Source: Campylobacterales bacterium | GTDB lineage: Bacteria > Campylobacterota > Campylobacteria > Campylobacterales > QNZT01 | Direction of reading: 5' to 3' | Assembly: GCA_027055005.1 (NCBI GenBank) | Contig: JALUNR010000025.1 | Span: forward strand, 1 to 48,077 | DNA length: 48,077 nucleotides | Part shown: positions 44,028-48,077 of the stretch, one piece after another | How the letters are laid out: each line of letters begins with the position of its first letter | Numbering within the stretch: position 1 is the first letter of the stretch | The notes under the pieces: generated by a model | Seen by the model: the letters and a program-made list of their open reading frames with translations, nothing else | Told to the model about the DNA's origin: nothing | Databases searched by the model: none | Translations under genes and position numbers: made by a program

Positions 44028-44324
44028 ATGTCTATTAAGGAAAAAGAGTTATCTAAACTATATGAAACATCATTGATGCAAATATCTTCGATGCATGATG
44101 AAATAGTAAAAAGTAAGGATGATACTATCTCTTTATTGCAAGATGAAAATATTTCTTTAAAAAATATAGTAAGAGAGATACAAGAGATTTATCAAGAAGA
44201 TAGAGAAGTTATGAAAGTACTACAAAATGAGATAAAACATCTCCAACATGAACTAGAATTTGTAAAGAGAAAATATCAACTAATGTGGAATCAAGCTGTT
44301 GAAAACTATAATAAGTCCTCATAA
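44028..44324 (+). CDS. Hypothetical coiled-coil protein (98 aa)
   Basis: The sequence is heptad-like and rich in E, K, Q and L, with no TM segment. It starts 1 nt after the purE stop. I recognise no family. Confidence 0.5.
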   Translation: MSIKEKELSKLYETSLMQISSMHDEIVKSKDDTISLLQDENISLKNIVREIQEIYQEDREVMKVLQNEIKHLQHELEFVKRKYQLMWNQAVENYNKSS

Positions 44325-44344
44325 AATTTTTAGGAGAAAAGATA

Positions 44345-44599
44345 ATGAGTGAAGTAAAAAAAACTCAAAAAAGAGTAGTTTTGTTTACAAGTCCAACTTG
44401 CCATTGGTGCAGTGTTGCTAAAAATCACTTTAAAAAACTAGGTATAAAATTTCGTCAAATAGATATAACAAAAGACAAAAAAGCTTCTGAAGATTGTTTA
44501 AGACATGGATGCAAAGGAGTACCAGTCGTTTTAATAGGCAGTCGCTGGATTTGTGGATTTGACCAAAATAAAATAGATAAAGAGTTAGGAATAAAATGA
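44345..44599 (+). CDS. Glutaredoxin-like small redox protein (YruB/NrdH-like)
   Basis: 84 aa. The CHWC active site after VVLFTSPT and the GVPVV motif indicate a thioredoxin fold. There is an ATGA overlap with glyQ. Confidence 0.75.
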   Translation: MSEVKKTQKRVVLFTSPTCHWCSVAKNHFKKLGIKFRQIDITKDKKASEDCLRHGCKGVPVVLIGSRWICGFDQNKIDKELGIK

Positions 44600-45480
44600 A
44601 TAAACCACTGAATTTTTCACAAATGTTACTAAAATTACAAACCTTTTGGGCTGATAATGGATGCAATATAGTTCAACCATATGATATACCTTCTGGAGCT
44701 GGAACTTTTCATAATGCTACTTTTTTAAAGACACTAGACCCAACTCCTTGGAGTGTGGCTTATGTTGCACCTTCAAGAAGACCAACTGATGGAAGATATG
44801 GAGAAAATCCAAATAGGCTTGGAGCATATTATCAGTTTCAAGTTATCATACAACCATCCCCAGATAATATACAAGAGCTATATCTAAAAAGTTTAGAGGC
44901 TTTAGGGCTTGATTTAAGCAAACACGACATAAGATTTGTAGAAGATAACTGGGAATCTCCAACATTAGGGGCTTGGGGACTTGGTTGGGAAGTTTGGCTT
45001 GATGGTATGGAAGTTACTCAGTTTACTTACTTTCAACAAGTTGGTGGATATCCTTGTGAACCAGTAGCAGTTGAGATAACTTACGGAACAGAGCGGCTTG
45101 CTATGTATCTTCAAGACAAAGATAGTGTTTATGACATAGTTTGGAACGAAAATAAGCATGGAATTACAACTTATGGAGATGTTCATAAAAGAGGGGAATT
45201 TGAGTTTAGTAAGTATAACTTTGAAGTAGCAGATATTGATATGCTATTTACCCATTTTGATGATTATGCAAAAGAGTGTAAAAGATGTCTTGAAGCTAAA
45301 CTTCCACTTCCTGCATATGATTATTGTTTACTAGCTAGTCATACTTTTAATATGCTTGATGCAAGAAAAGCAGTTTCGGTTACAAACAGGCAAAATTATA
45401 TTTTAAAGATTAGAGAGTTAGCAAAAGGGTGTGCTACTGTTTATAAAGAGAGTTTAAATGAAGATAGCCAAGATTTATAA
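44596..45480 (+). CDS. glyQ: Glycine--tRNA ligase alpha subunit
   Basis: 294 aa with the highly conserved GlyQ sequence (FWADNGC..., [20 protein letters not shown]). Confidence 0.95.
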   Translation: MNKPLNFSQMLLKLQTFWADNGCNIVQPYDIPSGAGTFHNATFLKTLDPTPWSVAYVAPSRRPTDGRYGENPNRLGAYYQFQVIIQPSPDNIQELYLKSLEALGLDLSKHDIRFVEDNWESPTLGAWGLGWEVWLDGMEVTQFTYFQQVGGYPCEPVAVEITYGTERLAMYLQDKDSVYDIVWNENKHGITTYGDVHKRGEFEFSKYNFEVADIDMLFTHFDDYAKECKRCLEAKLPLPAYDYCLLASHTFNMLDARKAVSVTNRQNYILKIRELAKGCATVYKESLNEDSQDL

Positions 45481-46180
45481 AATTTTAGATGAGATAAGCC
45501 CATTTGAATTGCAAGATAAATGGGATAATAGTGGGTTACAACTTGGAAGTATGGATGATGAGTTTGAAAACATATATTTAAGTATAGATGTGGATAGCTC
45601 TTTAGTTGATTCTTTGGAGTATGGCTCTTTGTTAATACTTCATCATCCACTTATTTTTGATGGACTTAAAAGTTTAAATCCTGATAAATTTCCAACAAAT
45701 CTTATATACAAACTGATAAAAAAAGATATAAAAGTTATATCTATGCATCTAAATTTTGATAAAACACATATGAATAAACATTTTGTAACTGATATATTAG
45801 GTTATAAGATAAAAGAGTGCAAAGAGTATGAGTGCTATTTCGAAGTAAATAAAAGTTTTGATGAGTTTGCAAAAGAGGTAGCTAAAAAACTAAGTATTAA
45901 GCATATTAGAGTTGTAAAAGCAAAAGAGTTTATAAAAACATCAGCAGTTTGTACAGGAAGCGGTGGAAGTTTACTAAAAGAGATAAAAGCTGATTGTTTT
46001 TTGACTGGAGATATAAAGTATCATACAGGACTTGAAGCTAAAGAGAATGGTGTAAATCTTATAGATATAAATCATTATGAAAGTGAAGTAGTATTTGCAA
46101 GTTTTTTGGCTAATGAGTTGAAAAGTAAAGGTTTAAATGCTATAATCGCGAAATTTAATAATCCATTTTCATTCATATAA
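45458..46180 (+). CDS. Nif3-like dinuclear metal centre protein (YbgI/YqfO family)
   Basis: 240 aa. The [15 protein letters not shown] and DINHYESE motifs are present. Confidence 0.85.
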   Translation: MKIAKIYKILDEISPFELQDKWDNSGLQLGSMDDEFENIYLSIDVDSSLVDSLEYGSLLILHHPLIFDGLKSLNPDKFPTNLIYKLIKKDIKVISMHLNFDKTHMNKHFVTDILGYKIKECKEYECYFEVNKSFDEFAKEVAKKLSIKHIRVVKAKEFIKTSAVCTGSGGSLLKEIKADCFLTGDIKYHTGLEAKENGVNLIDINHYESEVVFASFLANELKSKGLNAIIAKFNNPFSFI

Positions 46181-46188
46181 GGAAAATC

Positions 46189-46914
46189 ATGAACAAATAT
46201 TTAGGGCAGTTAATAGAACTTCAAAAGTTAGATATTGAGATAGATTCGTTTAAACCAAAGATAAAAGAAGCAAGAAGTGAGCTTGATAGTATATTATCAA
46301 AACATAGTAATACTCTTTTAAAAATCGAGAGTTTAGAAGAAGAGATAAAAGATGTAGAACTTAAAAAGAGAAAAAACGAACTTCACCTAGAGGAACTTAG
46401 TCAAAAGTTAAAAGAGTTGTCTAGTAAATCAAATGCTGTTAAAAGTGAAAAAGAGATAAAAGCTCTTCAACTTGAAGAAGATATAGCAAAAGAACAAGTT
46501 GACTTTGCAAATGATGAAATAGAAAGATTTGAAAAGTTAAAAGAGCAAAAAAAATCTGAAATAGAGGAACTTAAAAAGAGTTATGAAGATTTAAAAGCTG
46601 AGTTAGAAAAAATTGAAATACAAACAAATACAAAACTAGAAAAGATAGAAGAAGAAAAAAGAGAAGTTTATGATAGAAAACAAAAACTTCTCTCATCTAT
46701 GACACAAAATGTTATAGTTTTTTATGAAAAAATAAGAAGATGGGCAGGTAATACAACAGTAATCCCTGTAAAAAAACAAGCTTGTTATGGATGCTATATG
46801 AGAATAAATGACAATACTTATGCAGAAGTTATAAAAGGGGAAGACATAACAACTTGTCCTCACTGTGGAAGAATCCTTTATATGGAGCATCAAGAAGAGA
46901 AAGAAGAAGCATAA
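46189..46914 (+). CDS. Coiled-coil plus C4 zinc-ribbon protein (COG1579/DUF164 type, H. pylori HP0958-like)
   Basis: 241 aa. A long antiparallel coiled-coil-like region is followed by CYGC...(x19)...CPHC. The position downstream of Nif3 is the conserved pairing. Confidence 0.75.
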   Translation: MNKYLGQLIELQKLDIEIDSFKPKIKEARSELDSILSKHSNTLLKIESLEEEIKDVELKKRKNELHLEELSQKLKELSSKSNAVKSEKEIKALQLEEDIAKEQVDFANDEIERFEKLKEQKKSEIEELKKSYEDLKAELEKIEIQTNTKLEKIEEEKREVYDRKQKLLSSMTQNVIVFYEKIRRWAGNTTVIPVKKQACYGCYMRINDNTYAEVIKGEDITTCPHCGRILYMEHQEEKEEA

Positions 46915-46921
46915 AATTTTT

Positions 46922-48043
46922 ATGTTTTTTTCCTTTTTTTACTACATAGTAGCTACTTTTTTGTGGCTACTTTTTTTACCATATCTACTTTTAAAATCAA
47001 AAAATAAAAAATACAAATACTCAATTCCAGCTAGATTTTTTCTAAAAAACAATCCTCCTTTTAAAAGTGAATTGGTGCATTTTCATGCTTGTTCTTTAGG
47101 TGAAGTAAAATCTTTAAAACCTATCATAGAAAAACTAGATCAAGATGTGAATATTACTACTACAACAAATACAGGTTTTGAAGAAGCTAAAAAGTTAGCA
47201 TATGAGGCTAGATTTTTACCATATGAAATATTTTTACCATTTTGGTATAAAAAACAAAAACTTTTAGTTGTACTTGAAGCTGAACTTTGGTATATGCTGT
47301 TTTTAGTAGCTAAGAAAAAAGGAGTTAAAACTATACTTTTAAATGCCAGAATTAGTGATAATAGTTATAAAAATTATAAAAGATTTGGCTTTTTTTATAA
47401 AAAAGTATTTCAAAATATTGATTTAAGTTTAGCTCAAAGTAAAAAAGATAAAAAAAGATTAGAAGAACTTGGGGCAAAAGAGGTGAGGGTAGTTGGCAAT
47501 ATAAAAGTTTTTCAAAACATAAAAGTAACAAAAAGATATAAAAAACCTAAAAAACAACTTTTAACTATCGCTAGTAGCCATGAAAGTGAAGAACTACTAC
47601 TTTTAAAAAATATAAAAGATTTAAAAAACTATCATATAGCCATAGTTCCAAGGCATCCTGAAAGATTTAGCAAAGTAGCAAAAGAGTTAAAAGATAATGG
47701 CTTTGAGTTTAAACTATTTTCAAATGAAAAAAACTTTGATAATCCTATAACTTTAGTTGATGCAATGGGAGAGCTTATAAATATATATGCTATAAGTGAT
47801 ATAGTAATACTTGGTGGGAGTTTTGTTGACAATATAGGTGGACACAATCCCTTAGAACCTGCATTTTTTGGTTGTAAGATAATAAGTGGCGAGTATTATT
47901 TTAATCAAAAAACACTATTTGAAATAGTAGAAAACTTAAAAATTTGCAAAAATTTAAGAGAGATCGATGCAACTATAAAAAATGCTAAGCCAACTACTTA
48001 TGACAAATATATTGATATAGATAAAATTTTAAGCTACTTCTAA
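46922..48043 (+). CDS. waaA: 3-deoxy-D-manno-octulosonic acid (Kdo) transferase; start revised to ATG 46922
   Basis: 373 aa from MFFSFFYYIVATF (N-terminal membrane anchor). HACSLGEV and GGHNPLEPA motifs are present. The ORF-track start at 46865 would overlap the previous gene by 50 nt and adds a non-hydrophobic basic leader. Confidence 0.85.
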   Translation: MFFSFFYYIVATFLWLLFLPYLLLKSKNKKYKYSIPARFFLKNNPPFKSELVHFHACSLGEVKSLKPIIEKLDQDVNITTTTNTGFEEAKKLAYEARFLPYEIFLPFWYKKQKLLVVLEAELWYMLFLVAKKKGVKTILLNARISDNSYKNYKRFGFFYKKVFQNIDLSLAQSKKDKKRLEELGAKEVRVVGNIKVFQNIKVTKRYKKPKKQLLTIASSHESEELLLLKNIKDLKNYHIAIVPRHPERFSKVAKELKDNGFEFKLFSNEKNFDNPITLVDAMGELINIYAISDIVILGGSFVDNIGGHNPLEPAFFGCKIISGEYYFNQKTLFEIVENLKICKNLREIDATIKNAKPTTYDKYIDIDKILSYF

Positions 48044-48077
48044 CTCTTTTGTTTTGATAGTATTATCTTGATATTTT

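Overview
The window is a visibly AT-rich, very densely packed chromosomal segment (GC not computed). Gene content and local synteny look like Campylobacterota, probably Arcobacter-like; this is inferred from ruvA-ddl, ilvI-ilvH-lpxD, rpmH-rnpA-yidD-yidC-jag-mnmE and a futalosine-pathway mqn gene. I support about 50 CDS. Most are housekeeping: cell wall and LPS (ddl, glmS, lpxD, waaA), lipid (plsY), translation (rpmH, rnpA, mnmE, glyQ, prmC, a pseudouridine synthase), recombination (ruvA fragment, recR), amino-acid and purine synthesis (ilvIH, purE), redox (trxC, dsbD, a ferredoxin, a glutaredoxin-like protein) and nitrogen sensing (glnD). Many neighbours overlap by 1-23 nt (ATGA, TAATG, TAGTG junctions), which suggests translational coupling. 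I saw no rRNA, tRNA, CRISPR array, transposase, integrase or recognisable defence genes. The only accessory-looking block is 7.2-18.7 kb on the minus strand. It holds a complete MoxR AAA+ / DUF58 / DUF4381-like / BatA / BatB / BatC / BatD aerotolerance-type operon, followed 61 nt later by a 1730-aa secreted giant protein. That protein looks like a full MshQ-like body (beta-helix, Calx-beta, Ig-like repeats, conserved C-terminal module) with an extra head of about 800 aa made of a legume-lectin-like domain, a jelly-roll domain and a propeller-like domain. No MSHA pilus genes are present. I rank this Bat plus giant-adhesin linkage as the best candidate for an undescribed system. Secondary candidates are a tandem pair of outer-membrane beta-barrel proteins whose periplasmic domain is SPOR rather than OmpA-like, a signal-peptide-less 856-aa M14 peptidase with two FN3 domains, nested in-frame tandem repeats in batC, and a few candidate regulatory hairpins and palindromes. 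All product calls come from reading motifs in the translations. No database search was run.
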